A DNA stretch of 63,344 nt, the filler included, from Octopus bimaculoides (lineage: Eukaryota), in the NCBI RefSeq assembly GCF_001194135.2. It is 7 parts of 7 records of this genome, joined end to end, with 100 filler letters (N's around TTAATTAATTAA, not from the genome) between each part and the next. Parts side by side here need not be neighbours in the genome. Positions count along the whole stretch, not along the records: positions 59,065 to 63,344 come from NC_068986.1; 6 more parts are not named here. The stretch is one strand, 5' to 3'. A program made the position numbers and the translations under genes. Shown here piece by piece: positions 63,324 through 63,344 of this stretch (its first letter is position 1; every line of letters starts with the position of its first letter). The notes under the pieces are model-generated. The model made no database searches and was not told where the DNA came from. It saw only the letters and a list, made by a program, of their open reading frames with translations.

Positions 63324-63344
63324 CACACACACACACACACACAC

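Overview
This is an AT-rich, gap-ridden animal genomic window, almost entirely intronic or intergenic. The SINE, LINE and microsatellite repertoire points to an octopus; this is an inference from repeat style, not a database match. There is no complete CDS, rRNA, intact tRNA gene or CRISPR array. Nearly all ORFs in the supplied track are microsatellite, N-gap or TE artefacts. The one well-supported coding feature is a 180-nt, phase 1-1 exon on the + strand (59409-59588) encoding a complete six-cysteine peritrophin-A/CBM14 chitin-binding domain, which the ORF track missed. The rest is a TE landscape: four tRNA-type SINE families, R4/Dong, RTE, CR1/L2-like and Penelope-like retroelement fragments, mariner/Tc1 relics, hAT and Tigger-like MITEs, solo LTRs and several foldback elements. 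The most interesting observations are: (1) a type I hammerhead ribozyme fold inside a 513-bp direct-repeat unit (retrozyme or Penelope pLTR-like); (2) an LTR joined to a 33-45-nt copy of the tRNA-Trp 3' half including CCA, followed by a second LTR-end fragment; (3) a 610-bp near-total palindrome; (4) a 19-bp minisatellite of CRE (TGACGTCA) sites upstream of the chitin-binding exon; (5) apparent serial SINE insertions at one target site; (6) a LINE 3' end that shares its tail with a SINE family. Repeat boundaries were read by eye and are approximate (about +/-10 nt) unless a TSD is quoted. Family assignments come from recalled motifs, not database searches.
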